Part shown: piece after piece, positions 19,124 to 29,331 of the stretch
How positions within the stretch are numbered: the first letter of the stretch is position 1
Layout of the letters: every line of letters begins with the position of its first letter
NCBI GenBank assembly: GCA_049472355.1
Contig: JBLIRP010000010.1
Coordinates: 1-57,246, forward strand
DNA from: a bacterium
GTDB lineage: Bacteria > SZUA-182 > DTGQ01 > JAFGSM01
Length of the DNA: 57,246 nt
Reading direction: 5' to 3'
Program-made: the position numbers and the translations under genes
Notes under the pieces: model-generated
What the model was told of the DNA's origin: nothing
The model's input: the letters and a program-made list of their open reading frames with translations, nothing else
Databases searched by the model: none

Positions 19124-19888
19124 CTACACCTCCTCTCCCAGGTAGGCGCCGATGACGAGCGGATCGTTCTGTATCTCCCGGGGGGTCCCCTCGGCGATCT
19201 TTTCGCCGTAATTGAGCACCATGATGTGATCGGATATGTCCATCACCAGGCTCATGTCGTGTTCAACCAGGAAGATGGTGATCCCGCGGTCCCTGATCCG
19301 CTGGATGAGCGCCGCCACCCGCTGGGTCTCGTGGGTATTGAGCCCGGCTGCAGGCTCGTCCAGAAGGAGCATCCGCGGTTCAGTGGCCAGGGCCCGGGCA
19401 ATCTCGAGGACCCGCTGCTCTCCGAAGGGGAGGCTTCCTGCACCCTCCCCTGCATGCTGTTCCAGACCCACAAACGAGAGCATCTCCATGGCCTTCTCCC
19501 TGATGCCGCGCTCCTCCGCAAACACCCACGGGAGCTTGAGCGCCGAGCTGATCATGGAGCACCGCGACCGGGTGTGACGGCCCACCATGATGTTTTCCAG
19601 GACGGTCATGTTTTGAAACAGGAGGACGTTCTGAAAGGTCCGGGCGATTCCCATGGATACGAGCCGGTGCGGCCTTTTTCCGTCGATGCGTGCATTGAGG
19701 AAGCTTATCTTGCCCGCGGTCAGGTGAGAAAATCCGGTGATGAGGTTGAATATGGTGGTCTTTCCGGCGCCATTGGGACCGATCAGGGAGTGGATGCGGC
19801 CCTCGTATACATCCAGGGTCACATTGTTCACGGCGATCAGGCCGCCGAACTCCTTGCGTATGTTAAATGCCGACAGTATCGGATTCAT
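19124..19888 (-). CDS. livG: HAAT-family ABC ATPase LivG
   Basis: GPNGAGKTT, IARTFQN, LLLDEPAAGLN, LVEHDM, VIGAYLG. Confidence 0.93.
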   Translation of the reverse strand: MNPILSAFNIRKEFGGLIAVNNVTLDVYEGRIHSLIGPNGAGKTTIFNLITGFSHLTAGKISFLNARIDGKRPHRLVSMGIARTFQNVLLFQNMTVLENIMVGRHTRSRCSMISSALKLPWVFAEERGIREKAMEMLSFVGLEQHAGEGAGSLPFGEQRVLEIARALATEPRMLLLDEPAAGLNTHETQRVAALIQRIRDRGITIFLVEHDMSLVMDISDHIMVLNYGEKIAEGTPREIQNDPLVIGAYLGEEV

Positions 19889-20840
19889 TGTTGTCCTTGA
19901 GGATCTTCCCCTTTATCCAGTAGAATGCATCGATGGACCCCGCAAAGAGTCCCTTCGGCATCAGGATCATGATGATCATGAGGATGGTGCCGAATATGAG
20001 GATTTCGTAGTCGTGAAACACGTGCAAATACTCGGGCAGAATGGTGAGGATGAAGGCCCCCAGACCGGCGCCCCATATGTCGGACATCCCACCGATGACC
20101 GTCATGGTGACCAGCATGACCGACTGCATGAAGCCGAACGAGCTTGGGCTGATGAAGGTCACGAAATGGGCGTACAGGCTTCCCGCTACGGAGGCATACA
20201 CGGCGCTCAGGACAAACACCTGCACCTTGTAGCTTGACACATTGACCCCGGCTGCCTGGGCGGCATCCTCGCTGCCGTGGATGGCGAGCAGGGCGCGTCC
20301 CACGCGGGAGTTGACGATATTCAGGGAGAGCAGGATGGCGGCAAGCACGATGGTCCAGGTGAAACAGTAAAAGCGCAGGTCCTTGAGAGGCATGCCGAAG
20401 AGCGAGAGCCTCGGGATGTCGGTCATGCCCGAAGGGCCGCCCGTCAGAGGGATAAGCTCGTTGAACACGATGAACATGATCTCGCCGAATCCCAAGGTGG
20501 CCATGGCCAGGTAGTGCCCCTTCAGCTTCAGGGAGGGCACCCCGATGATGTAGGCGATGATCGCGGTAAGAACGACGCCGCACGGCAGGGCGAGCCAGGG
20601 ATTGAACCCGAACCTGGTGCACAGCGCACCCGAGGTATAGGCGCCGATGCCGTAGAATGCCGCATGTCCCAGGGAGATCTGGCCTGCGTGTCCCATGAGC
20701 AGTCCCAGGCCGATAACAATGAGCACATTGATCCCCACCACCACCATTACGCTGATGTAATACTTGTTGCGCACCAGTATCGGAAAGAGGATGAGCCCGA
20801 TGAGCACGAGGATGAATATGATCGCGTTTCGTCTGTTCAT
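19863..20840 (-). CDS. livM: HAAT-family ABC permease LivM
   Basis: GHAGQISLGHAAFYGIGAY, LKGHYLAMATLGFGE, SRVGRAL. Confidence 0.92.
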   Translation of the reverse strand: MNRRNAIIFILVLIGLILFPILVRNKYYISVMVVVGINVLIVIGLGLLMGHAGQISLGHAAFYGIGAYTSGALCTRFGFNPWLALPCGVVLTAIIAYIIGVPSLKLKGHYLAMATLGFGEIMFIVFNELIPLTGGPSGMTDIPRLSLFGMPLKDLRFYCFTWTIVLAAILLSLNIVNSRVGRALLAIHGSEDAAQAAGVNVSSYKVQVFVLSAVYASVAGSLYAHFVTFISPSSFGFMQSVMLVTMTVIGGMSDIWGAGLGAFILTILPEYLHVFHDYEILIFGTILMIIMILMPKGLFAGSIDAFYWIKGKILKDNNESDTVGI

Positions 20841-20841
20841 C

Positions 20842-21729
20842 CTATCGCAATTCCGATCTGCCCATGAGGCCGGTGGGCTTAAAAAAGAGCACCAGGAGGA
20901 GTACGATCAGGGCGATGGCATCCTTGTACCCGGAGGAGATGAATCCCGCACCCATGGATTCCATGACCCCTATGATGAAGCCGGCGATAACCGCACCGGT
21001 GCCGCTTCCCAGCCCTCCCAGGATGGCTGCGGCGAATCCCTTGATGGCCAGCATGGTCCCGCGCTGGTAGTCCATGAGCGAGATGGGGGTGATGATCACC
21101 CCGGCAACGGCGCCGATGCCGGCGCTCAGGGCAAAGGAGAACATCACCATGTGCTTGACGTTGATGCCCATGAGGCTCGCCGCCTTCCGGTTGGTGGCGC
21201 AGGCGCGCATGGCCTTGCCCAGGAGGGTCTTTTCAAAGAAGACCGCGAGGCCGATGACCACGAACAGGGTGATCCCCAGCACCCACAGGGACTGCGGGAT
21301 AATCACCGCACCGCCCACAATGATGGGGGTCTCGCCGGAGAAGGCGGGAATGATGAAGGTGTCCTTTCCCCAGATGAGCATGGCCAACCCCTTGAACACG
21401 ATGGAGGCGGCGATGGTGATGATGATGAGGGTGATGATGGAGGGGTTGGTCAGGGGATTTATCGCCAGCCGCTCGAAGAGGATCCCGACAATGCCCACAA
21501 TGACGACGGTCAGAACAAAGGCGGGGATCATGGGGATGGAGAGGCCCTTGGTAAGGGAGACCATCACCAGTCCCCCGATCATGACGAACTCCCCCTGGGC
21601 GAAATTGATGATGTCGGTTGCGTTGTAAATGATATTAAAACCCAGGCCGACCATCGCGAAGATGCTGCCGATGGTCAGCCCGGTGAAGATATACTGAAGT
21701 ATCTGCGTAAAGATGAACAATGCAGCCAA
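20842..21729 (-). CDS. livH: HAAT-family ABC permease LivH
   Basis: GLTIGSIFAMVGLGF, IINFAQGEF, LGKAMRA, KGFAAAILGGLG. Confidence 0.92.
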   Translation of the reverse strand: MAALFIFTQILQYIFTGLTIGSIFAMVGLGFNIIYNATDIINFAQGEFVMIGGLVMVSLTKGLSIPMIPAFVLTVVIVGIVGILFERLAINPLTNPSIITLIIITIAASIVFKGLAMLIWGKDTFIIPAFSGETPIIVGGAVIIPQSLWVLGITLFVVIGLAVFFEKTLLGKAMRACATNRKAASLMGINVKHMVMFSFALSAGIGAVAGVIITPISLMDYQRGTMLAIKGFAAAILGGLGSGTGAVIAGFIIGVMESMGAGFISSGYKDAIALIVLLLVLFFKPTGLMGRSELR

Positions 21730-21733
21730 CTAC

Positions 21734-22891
21734 CTAATCAGCTAACACGAATTTGTCGCCCCTGACCGTGAGCACCTCGAAGGACTCCCTGGTGAGGCCG
21801 TTATGGTCGAGGGGTGAGAAGTTAAACAGACCGGCGGTGCCCACGAAACCCTTCATGTTTTCCAGGTAGTTCCTGATCTTTGCCCGGTCGGGTCCCACCG
21901 CCTTGAGGGCCTCGATCACCATCCACATGCCGTCGTAGGCATGGCCCCCGAAGGTGCTCACCTCGCCGCCGAATTTCTTCTCGTACTCGGTTTTGTAATC
22001 CATGAGGACCTTCTTCTGGTAGTGGTAGTCAGGGAGCTGATCGGCAACCAGGAGCCTGCCGATGGGCGAAAGGACGCCTTCAGCCGCCCCGCCTGCCTGC
22101 TCGATGTTTTTGGGGTTGCCGAACCCGTGGCTTTGGTAAAGGGGTATCGTGATCCCGAGCTGTTTCACATTCTTGGTGACGATCACCTGGGTGGGACCGA
22201 TGGACCAGTTGACGATCGCCTGGGCGTCCGTCCCCTTGATCTTGGTGAGCTGGGCGGTCATATCGGTGTCCTTGTTGCTGTAGCGCTCATCCGCAACGAT
22301 GGTGATGCCCATGCGCTTTGCCGCCTCAAGCAGTTCGGTCCTGCCGCTGTCACCGAAGCCGTCGGATACGGTGATGATGGCCACCTTGGTGATCCCCTTT
22401 TTGAGCATATACTCAAACATGGCCTCGGCGCAGAACTCGTCGGACTGGGGGGTCTTGAACACCCACTTGCGCTCGGCAACGGGAGAGACGATCTTTTTCG
22501 AGGCAGCGCAGGAGATGTTGGGCACCTGTGCCTCCTGTACCACCGGAATGATGGCCAGGCTCGAGCCGCTCCGGGATGGGCCGATGATGGCGAGCACCTG
22601 GTCCTTTTCGATGAGCTTCTTTGCATTCAGGACCGACTTGGTCTCGTCCCCCTCGGTGTCATAGATGATCAATTCGATGGGATGGCCGTTGATCCCCCCT
22701 GCTGCATTCACCTTGTCCGCAATCATCTGGGCGGTGTTCCGCTCCGGCTCACCCAGCCATGAGGCAGGTCCGGTCACGGAAAAGATCGCCCCGATCTTGT
22801 AGGGCTCCTTGGCCGCCTGGCCGATCCTGCACAGACCAAAACAGAGAACGATCACACATACCGCCGCGAGCACCAGTTTTCTTTTCACCAC
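21734..22891 (-). CDS. ABC substrate-binding protein, LivK/PBP6 family (copy 2)
   Basis: Signal peptide, YKIGAIFSVTGPASWLG, GGINGHPIELIIYD. GTG start at 22891 lies 7 nt after AGGAG. Confidence 0.9.
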   Translation of the reverse strand: MVKRKLVLAAVCVIVLCFGLCRIGQAAKEPYKIGAIFSVTGPASWLGEPERNTAQMIADKVNAAGGINGHPIELIIYDTEGDETKSVLNAKKLIEKDQVLAIIGPSRSGSSLAIIPVVQEAQVPNISCAASKKIVSPVAERKWVFKTPQSDEFCAEAMFEYMLKKGITKVAIITVSDGFGDSGRTELLEAAKRMGITIVADERYSNKDTDMTAQLTKIKGTDAQAIVNWSIGPTQVIVTKNVKQLGITIPLYQSHGFGNPKNIEQAGGAAEGVLSPIGRLLVADQLPDYHYQKKVLMDYKTEYEKKFGGEVSTFGGHAYDGMWMVIEALKAVGPDRAKIRNYLENMKGFVGTAGLFNFSPLDHNGLTRESFEVLTVRGDKFVLAD

Positions 22892-22999
22892 GCTCACCCT
22901 CCTCTCCTTGTGTTCCCTTGCGGGACTGTTAATGGATGATGTGCACAAGGCCCGCCGAAAGGCGGTTAGCACACCGGTTTTAAAGGATCGTTACAGATT

Positions 23000-24169
23000 T
23001 CATTCGGCAAGGGCGAAACTGCCGTTTCTCACCTGGAGCATCTCGAACGCATCCTTGGTCAGTCCGCAGTGGTCATCGGGCGAAAAACGATAGACATCGG
23101 CAATCCCCATAAAGCCCTGCAGGTTCTCGATGTAATCCCTGATCTTTGTCCGGTCGGGGCCTACCGCCTTGAGGGCCTCCACGAGTATGTACATGGCGTC
23201 ATAGGCATGACCCCCGAAGGTGCTCACCTCGGAGCCGAAGCGTTCCTCGTACTCCCTCTTGTACTCCATGAGGACCTTCTTCTGATAGTGGTCTTCGGGA
23301 AGCAGGTCCGCCACCAGGATGCGTCCCACCGGCACCAGCACCCCCGATGCGGCGGGGCCTGCCTGATCGATATTCTTCGTGCTTCCGAATCCCGAGCTCT
23401 GGAACAACGGGATCTTGAAGCCGAGCTGGTGCACGTTCTTGGTGATGATCACCTGGGTGGGGCCGATCGACCAGTTCACGATGGCCTGGGCATCCGTGCC
23501 CTTGATCTTGGTGAGCTGGGCGGTCATATCGGTATCCTTGTTGCTGTAACGCTCATCCGCCACGATGGTGATGCCCATGTTTTTGGCCGCCTTCTGCAGC
23601 TCGATCCTCCCGCTGTCGCCGTAACCGTCGGACACGGTGATGATGGCGACCTTGGTGATCCCCTTCTTGAGCATGTAATCGAACATCTTCTCCGCACAGA
23701 AGGAATCGGACTGGGCCACCTTGAACACCCAGCGCTTTATCGGCTCGGTGATCTTCGCCGATGCCGCGCATGAGATGTTGGGCACCCCCGCCTCCTCCAC
23801 CACGGGAATGACGGCCAGGCTGGAGCCGCTTCGGGAGGGGCCGATGATGGCGAGCACGTGGTCCCTTTCGATGAGCTTCTTGGCGTTCAGGACGGACTTG
23901 GTCTCGTCCCCCTCGGTGTCATAGACGATCAATTTGAGGGGATGACCGTTGATCCCGCCTGTCCCATTGACCTTATCGGCGATCATCTGTGCGGTGTTGC
24001 GCTCCGGCTCGCCGAGCCAGGATGCAGGGCCGGTTACGGAAAAGATGGCCCCGATCGTATAGGGCTCCTTTTCGGCGCGGCCTGTTCCGGGGAATACCAT
24101 ACAGGCGATGAAAAGCATGATGATGACGGCACACTGCCCCTTGTACCGGGTTTTTGATACTGATGTCAT
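23000..24169 (-). CDS. ABC substrate-binding protein, LivK/PBP6 family (copy 1)
   Basis: Same motifs; close paralog of the adjacent gene. Confidence 0.9.
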   Translation of the reverse strand: MTSVSKTRYKGQCAVIIMLFIACMVFPGTGRAEKEPYTIGAIFSVTGPASWLGEPERNTAQMIADKVNGTGGINGHPLKLIVYDTEGDETKSVLNAKKLIERDHVLAIIGPSRSGSSLAVIPVVEEAGVPNISCAASAKITEPIKRWVFKVAQSDSFCAEKMFDYMLKKGITKVAIITVSDGYGDSGRIELQKAAKNMGITIVADERYSNKDTDMTAQLTKIKGTDAQAIVNWSIGPTQVIITKNVHQLGFKIPLFQSSGFGSTKNIDQAGPAASGVLVPVGRILVADLLPEDHYQKKVLMEYKREYEERFGSEVSTFGGHAYDAMYILVEALKAVGPDRTKIRDYIENLQGFMGIADVYRFSPDDHCGLTKDAFEMLQVRNGSFALAE

Positions 24170-24238
24170 GGCACACCCCTCTACACAATTGTTGATGACA
24201 GTACTGCTCGGATTGACCGGGTCTTCCTTGTCGACGGC

Positions 24239-24676
24239 TCAGAGGCTGTAGACATTCTCCCCCTTCAGAACGGCGATGCCGGCATCCTTGAGGAGTGTTA
24301 TGGCCCTGTCGATGTTCTGATCGTCGAACCTGAAGATGATGACCGCGTTATTCCTGCTCCGCTCAACAAAGGCATACATGTACTCGACATTGATGGTCTC
24401 CTTGTTGAGGATCTCGAGGATCTTGGCGAGTCCTCCCGGCCTGTCCTCGACCTCCACGGCGATCACCTCGGTCTTTCCCACGGTGAACCCGTTTTTTTTC
24501 AGCACCCCGCTCGCCTTTTCCGTGTCGTTGACGATCAATCGAAGGATGCCGAAATCGGTCGTGTCCGCCAGGGAGAGCGCCCTGATGTTGATCCCGTTGT
24601 CGCCCAGTATCCGGGTCACCTCGGAGAGCCTTCCGGACTTGTTTTCCAAAAAGATGGATATTTGCTGGACTTTCAT
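24239..24676 (-). CDS. Tandem ACT-domain protein
   Basis: [13 protein letters not shown]...[12 protein letters not shown]...EDRPGGL...INVEYMYAF; commonly found beside paaK. Confidence 0.92.
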   Translation of the reverse strand: MKVQQISIFLENKSGRLSEVTRILGDNGINIRALSLADTTDFGILRLIVNDTEKASGVLKKNGFTVGKTEVIAVEVEDRPGGLAKILEILNKETINVEYMYAFVERSRNNAVIIFRFDDQNIDRAITLLKDAGIAVLKGENVYSL

Positions 24677-24726
24677 GATTCCACCTTCCTTTATGGTTTA
24701 AAAGAGGTCACGATCCACTGTTTTCC

Positions 24727-26028
24727 CTACATCGTCCGTTTGTCGATCACCCGCTTGGCCTTTCCCATGCTTCGCTCGATGGTCTTGGGCTCCACGAGCG
24801 TCACCTTGGCCGTCACCCCGAGCATCTCCCTGATTTCCTTTGCAATCCTCTTCTCCATTGCCTCCAACGCCTTGATTTCATCGGAAAAGAGCCGCTCATT
24901 CACCTCCACCTGCACCTCCAGGGTGTCCAGGGAGCCCTCGCGGTCGACCACGATCATGTAGTGCGGCTCTACCCCTTCGATCTCCATGAGCACGCTTTCG
25001 ATCTGGGAGGGGAAGACATTGACGCCCCTGATGATCAGCATGTCGTCCGACCTGCCGCTCACCCGATCCATGCGGACCAGGGTGCGGCCGCACCGGCACG
25101 GCTCCGGATGCAGGGCGCTGATGTCCCGTGTGCGGTAGCGGATGAGGGGAAACGCCTCCTTGGTGATGCAGGTGAAGACCAGTTCACCCCGCTGCCCGTA
25201 GGGAAGGACCTCGCCGGTTTGCGGGTTGATGATCTCGGGTATGAAGTGGTCTTCAAACACGTGGAGACCACTTTTTGCCTCCTCGCACTCCGAGGCCACG
25301 CCCGGGCCTATGACCTCGCTCAGGCCGTAGATGTCGATGGCGCTGATGTTCAGCTTCGTCTCGATCTCCTTGCGCATGTTGTCGGACCAGGGTTCCGCCC
25401 CGAATATGCCGACCCTCAGCTTGAGGGCCTTGAAATCCACCCCCATCTCGTCCGCCGTTTCAGCCAGAAACAGAGCGTATGAAGGGGTGGAGGTAAGCAC
25501 CGTGGAACCGAAATCCTGCATGATCATGATCTGTTTTTTGGTGTTCCCGCCGGACATGGGGATGACCGATGCACCGATCCGCTCGGCGCCGTAATGCGCC
25601 CCCAGGCCCCCGGTGAAAAGGCCATACCCATAGGCATTCTGCACGATGTCCCCCTTTGCCACGTTGCCGCAGGTGAGGGTGCGGGCCATCAATTCGGCCC
25701 AGGTGTTGATGTCCCGCTTGGTGTAGCCAACCACCGTGGGTTTGCCGGTGGTCCCGGATGAGGCGTGAATCCTCACCACCTGGTTCATGGGAACGGCGAA
25801 CATGCCGAAGGGATAGTTGTCCCTGAGGTCGTCTTTCATGGTGAAGGGAAGTTTTGCCAGGTCCTTCAGGCTTTTGATGGCGTCCGGCTTTACTCCTGCC
25901 TGGTCAAAGGCCCGCTTGTAGAAGGGGACAGTATAGTAGACCCTCTGTACAACCTGCTGGAGCCGTTTAAGCTGGAGTGCTTGCATTGCTTCCTGTGGCA
26001 GGGTCTCGAATTCCTCATCCCAGATCAT
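24727..26028 (-). CDS. paaK: Phenylacetate--CoA ligase family protein (copy 1)
   Basis: [52 protein letters not shown]. Confidence 0.94.
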   Translation of the reverse strand: MIWDEEFETLPQEAMQALQLKRLQQVVQRVYYTVPFYKRAFDQAGVKPDAIKSLKDLAKLPFTMKDDLRDNYPFGMFAVPMNQVVRIHASSGTTGKPTVVGYTKRDINTWAELMARTLTCGNVAKGDIVQNAYGYGLFTGGLGAHYGAERIGASVIPMSGGNTKKQIMIMQDFGSTVLTSTPSYALFLAETADEMGVDFKALKLRVGIFGAEPWSDNMRKEIETKLNISAIDIYGLSEVIGPGVASECEEAKSGLHVFEDHFIPEIINPQTGEVLPYGQRGELVFTCITKEAFPLIRYRTRDISALHPEPCRCGRTLVRMDRVSGRSDDMLIIRGVNVFPSQIESVLMEIEGVEPHYMIVVDREGSLDTLEVQVEVNERLFSDEIKALEAMEKRIAKEIREMLGVTAKVTLVEPKTIERSMGKAKRVIDKRTM

Positions 26029-26290
26029 GACCTTCCCTCCTTTGTAAATTTTAAGCCATTGAAATTCTTATTTTAATAACATTTTTGGCGCAATATGTCA
26101 AGATAGTCATGAATACACGTTATCCTATCACATATTGAGAGGATACAGAAGATTGAATATCGGGCGGAACAGGGGTATTTACTCAGCGACGTGCACTCTG
26201 AACCTTATGGAGAGGGCACGGCCATATAAATTTACTCTCCTCGACGGTAAAGTTACTGTGTGGTGCATATCACCTGAGGTTGCTCTGGAC

Positions 26291-26318
26291 TTGACAGGGA
26301 GCAAGAATGATGTATCAT
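26291..26318 (+). promoter_or_regulatory. sigma70 promoter of the vapBC module
   Basis: TTGACA-16nt-TATCAT, followed by TGTAT/ATACA motifs overlapping the likely start site (candidate RHH operator). Confidence 0.55.
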
Positions 26319-26347
26319 ATCGATGTATACAGTATGGGAGGTGCGAT

Positions 26348-26581
26348 ATGGTACGCACGCAAATATACCTCACAAAGCGTCAACGTGACGAACTGGCTGC
26401 AATTGCGAAGGCTGCAGGCAAGAAACAAAGCGAGCTCATTCGAGAGGCCGTCGATCGCCTCATCGATCAATTAGGCCACCATCGGAGGCAGGCGGTACTG
26501 CGAGAAACTGCCGGAATCTGGAAGGACCGTTCGGATCTTCCTGACTTCAATTCAACACGTGCCGAATGGGACAGGAAGTAA
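26348..26581 (+). CDS. vapB: CopG/ribbon-helix-helix antitoxin (VapB-like)
   Basis: MVRTQIYLT...SELIREAVD RHH pattern, GIWKDRSD acidic tail. SD GGGAGGTG before ATG 26348. Confidence 0.88.
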   Translation: MVRTQIYLTKRQRDELAAIAKAAGKKQSELIREAVDRLIDQLGHHRRQAVLRETAGIWKDRSDLPDFNSTRAEWDRK

Positions 26582-26583
26582 TC

Positions 26584-26967
26584 ATGGCTCAGCCGATCCT
26601 TCCGGACACAGATATTCTTGTTGATTTCTTTCGGGGCCACAGTAAGGCGGTCGCCTTGGTCAACGCCCTCTCCGGGCGTATCATTTTGTCATCCATCGTC
26701 GTTGCGGAGTTGTTCGCCGGAGTGAAAGGAGATGCAGAAAGGGCTGCCCTGGACAACTTCATCTCCCTGTTCCGTGTGGTTCCTGTCGGAATCGAAATCG
26801 CAAAGGCCGGAGGGATCTATAAGCGAGACTACGGCAAGTCGCACGGCATCGGCCTGGCAGACGCAATCCTGGCTGCCACCGCTGAAGCAGAGAATGCGGA
26901 ATTGAAAACCCTCAATACCAAGCATTACCCTATGTTGCGGGACCTCCGCCCAGCCTATACTAAGTAA
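26584..26967 (+). CDS. vapC: PIN-domain VapC toxin
   Basis: DTDILVD...VVAELFAG...LADAILAATA...TLNTKHYP; starts 2 nt after the antitoxin stop. Confidence 0.92.
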   Translation: MAQPILPDTDILVDFFRGHSKAVALVNALSGRIILSSIVVAELFAGVKGDAERAALDNFISLFRVVPVGIEIAKAGGIYKRDYGKSHGIGLADAILAATAEAENAELKTLNTKHYPMLRDLRPAYTK

Positions 26968-27117
26968 ATGGCCCAAAAAGCTCTCCGTTGGACGCGGGCA
27001 AGCCGCATTGTTGAGTTTGATGTATGTGGAATGTGGAAACCCCGGCCGGCCACCCCCTTTAGGCAGGTTAACCGCACCCACTTGAAGAGGGCTTATTAGG
27101 CCGAGGACAAAGGGGCT

Positions 27118-29331
27118 ATGGTGTCATCGACGATGAAGGATCATCGTGTAGCACTATCAAAGTGTGTCGGTGCGGCAGGCGTGGTCGTCTCCACCGGGCT
27201 TCCTTCGGTGCTCCTGCGCAGGCCCCTCTTTCCCTCCCAGCTCCATCCGGTCGCATGGTCAGTGGCGGCATTCTCCTTTCTCCTCCTGTGGAGGGATGGT
27301 ATCAACGTTCAGAAGAAATCGCTCTACTGGGTTGTTGCCAGCATCATATGCATCCTTGCGATCGTTCGCAGCCGCGTGCTCCCTCCCGCCCATGTTACCC
27401 GATACGACATCCTGTTTATAATCGTCGCCCTTTCCCTGGTCTACCGGGGGACTATCCGGGAACTCGCCTTGTTTATGATATGCGTGCTCGCCCCCCTCGC
27501 CCTTGCCGAACTGTATGGGTTTATGCCCTCATTTACCGCTGAAATCATGCTCATTGGCGCCGGCATCGGCATCGGGGCACTGCTTCCCAGGGTGCGGCCC
27601 CGTTTCACGTCCAAAGGGGGCGCCTGGGCAGCAATCCTCGGCGCGGTGCTGCTCGTGCTCATCGGGGTGGTTTCCTGTCTCATGGTATGTTTTCCCCTGG
27701 GGAACCCGAAGAACAAGCGGGTCGTCTTCGACACCGGCCACGGGACCACGGAGAGCCCGCTCATCGACTACACCCGGAGCATCGATACCGGCGCCGAATT
27801 CGGTCATGCACACCTGGTGAGGTTTCTTTCCATGCACGGCTTTCACTGTGAGATGGCAGACTCCATTGCCGGGGATACCTTGTCCGGGGCAAGCATCCTT
27901 GTCCTTATCATGCCCTCCCTGCCCTATTCCCCGGAGGAGATCGAGACGATCCGTGTGTTCGTGGCGGAGGGAGGGGGGCTGCTGGTGATCGGGGATCATA
28001 CGGACATCAGCCATGTGCTCTCGTCCCTCAATCCCGTTATCGAACAGTTCGGCATCCGGTTGCGCTTTGACACCATATGGCTTCAAAGAAACGACCGGAT
28101 AAATCTCGACTACCGGCATCATCCTGCAACCTTCGACCTTGCCATGGTCAATTTCAGCGTGGGCGCCTCGCTTGACATCACACCGCCCAGCCGTCCGGTC
28201 ATTGTATCGCCGTGCGGCACCTTCTCCGACCGGGGTGACCCGGAAAACGCCGCCCATGCCTATCTCGGCAATTCCGTGCGCGATTCGGGCGAGGAAATGA
28301 CCGACCTGTGCCTCATAGCCGATTGCCTCTACGGCAGGGGAAGGGTGGTCGTGATGGGTGATTCGTCCTATTTCCAGAATGCATCCCTCTACAGAAACCG
28401 GGTTTTCGCCTACCGGCTCTTCGACTGGCTGAACCGCCGGAATGGGGAAAGGGGGATGAGGGTGATGCTCCTCATCGTGTTTCTCTCCTTGATAGCGGTG
28501 CTCACCGTCCTGACGGGGTACGGGAGTGGATTCCATGGATCGCTGCTGCCTGCGGCCTCCCTGATTATCCTGTGCTCCCTGTGGATGGGAACCCTACGAA
28601 ACCTCACGAGGCTGCGCAGACCGGAGCCGCTGTTCGCAACGATCTTCATCGATATGACCCATCAGAACGAGTATTCCCTTTACTGGATCAACCGGGAAAA
28701 GGCGGACACAAGCCTGGACGGCTTCACCGGTCAAATCATCAGGTCGGGGATGTTCCCTGTCATAGATACCGAGGGTCCCATCACCTCGGAGAGTCTGCGG
28801 GGGCACAGGGCGGTGTTCGTGATCTGCCCAAATGCGCCATTTTCTGAGGAGGAAATTGAGGCAATCGAGGAATTCGTCGAGAATGGGGGCGGTCTCCTCC
28901 TGGTGGAGGGACCGAGAAAATGGGCCACCAGCACCGCCCTGTGGGAGCGGTTCGGCCTGATCAAGCATCGGTATCCCTTGAGCGTGAACCGACCGATTCT
29001 CTCTCCCTTCGGCCTTCCCATACGCCTGCAGTACGGGAATTTCAGGGCGTCATTCATCCCCCATCCCATCACCAGGGGGATTACGCAGATCAACATGGTG
29101 AACCCCTGCGCCATACAGGGGGGATTTCCGGTAGCATTTATCGACAATGTTCCGGTGGTCAATTTTATGGAGTATGGCAAGGGAAGAATCGTTGCCATCG
29201 GGGATGACCGGTTCTTTGCCAACTACATGACGGAATATCAGGAAAAGGTGATCGACCCGGAGAAGCTCCGGCTCACCTGGAACCTCATCGACTATTGTGC
29301 ATATGAAACAGTTCAGCGCGAAGGGCATTAG
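27118..29331 (+). CDS. Polytopic membrane protein with two DUF4350/class I glutamine-amidotransferase-like extracytoplasmic modules
   Basis: About 6 N-terminal TMs, then FDTGHG...PYSPEEIETIRVFVAEGGGLLVIGDH...YGRGRVVVMGDS, 2 TMs, then IDMTH...PFSEEEIEAIEEFVENGGGLLLVEG...YGKGRIVAIGDD. Confidence 0.72.
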   Translation: MVSSTMKDHRVALSKCVGAAGVVVSTGLPSVLLRRPLFPSQLHPVAWSVAAFSFLLLWRDGINVQKKSLYWVVASIICILAIVRSRVLPPAHVTRYDILFIIVALSLVYRGTIRELALFMICVLAPLALAELYGFMPSFTAEIMLIGAGIGIGALLPRVRPRFTSKGGAWAAILGAVLLVLIGVVSCLMVCFPLGNPKNKRVVFDTGHGTTESPLIDYTRSIDTGAEFGHAHLVRFLSMHGFHCEMADSIAGDTLSGASILVLIMPSLPYSPEEIETIRVFVAEGGGLLVIGDHTDISHVLSSLNPVIEQFGIRLRFDTIWLQRNDRINLDYRHHPATFDLAMVNFSVGASLDITPPSRPVIVSPCGTFSDRGDPENAAHAYLGNSVRDSGEEMTDLCLIADCLYGRGRVVVMGDSSYFQNASLYRNRVFAYRLFDWLNRRNGERGMRVMLLIVFLSLIAVLTVLTGYGSGFHGSLLPAASLIILCSLWMGTLRNLTRLRRPEPLFATIFIDMTHQNEYSLYWINREKADTSLDGFTGQIIRSGMFPVIDTEGPITSESLRGHRAVFVICPNAPFSEEEIEAIEEFVENGGGLLLVEGPRKWATSTALWERFGLIKHRYPLSVNRPILSPFGLPIRLQYGNFRASFIPHPITRGITQINMVNPCAIQGGFPVAFIDNVPVVNFMEYGKGRIVAIGDDRFFANYMTEYQEKVIDPEKLRLTWNLIDYCAYETVQREGH

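Noticed and set aside
26135..26347. N-terminally extended 148-aa antitoxin as in the ORF track
   Set aside because: A promoter and a strong SD lie inside the extension; ATG 26348 gives a normal RHH antitoxin
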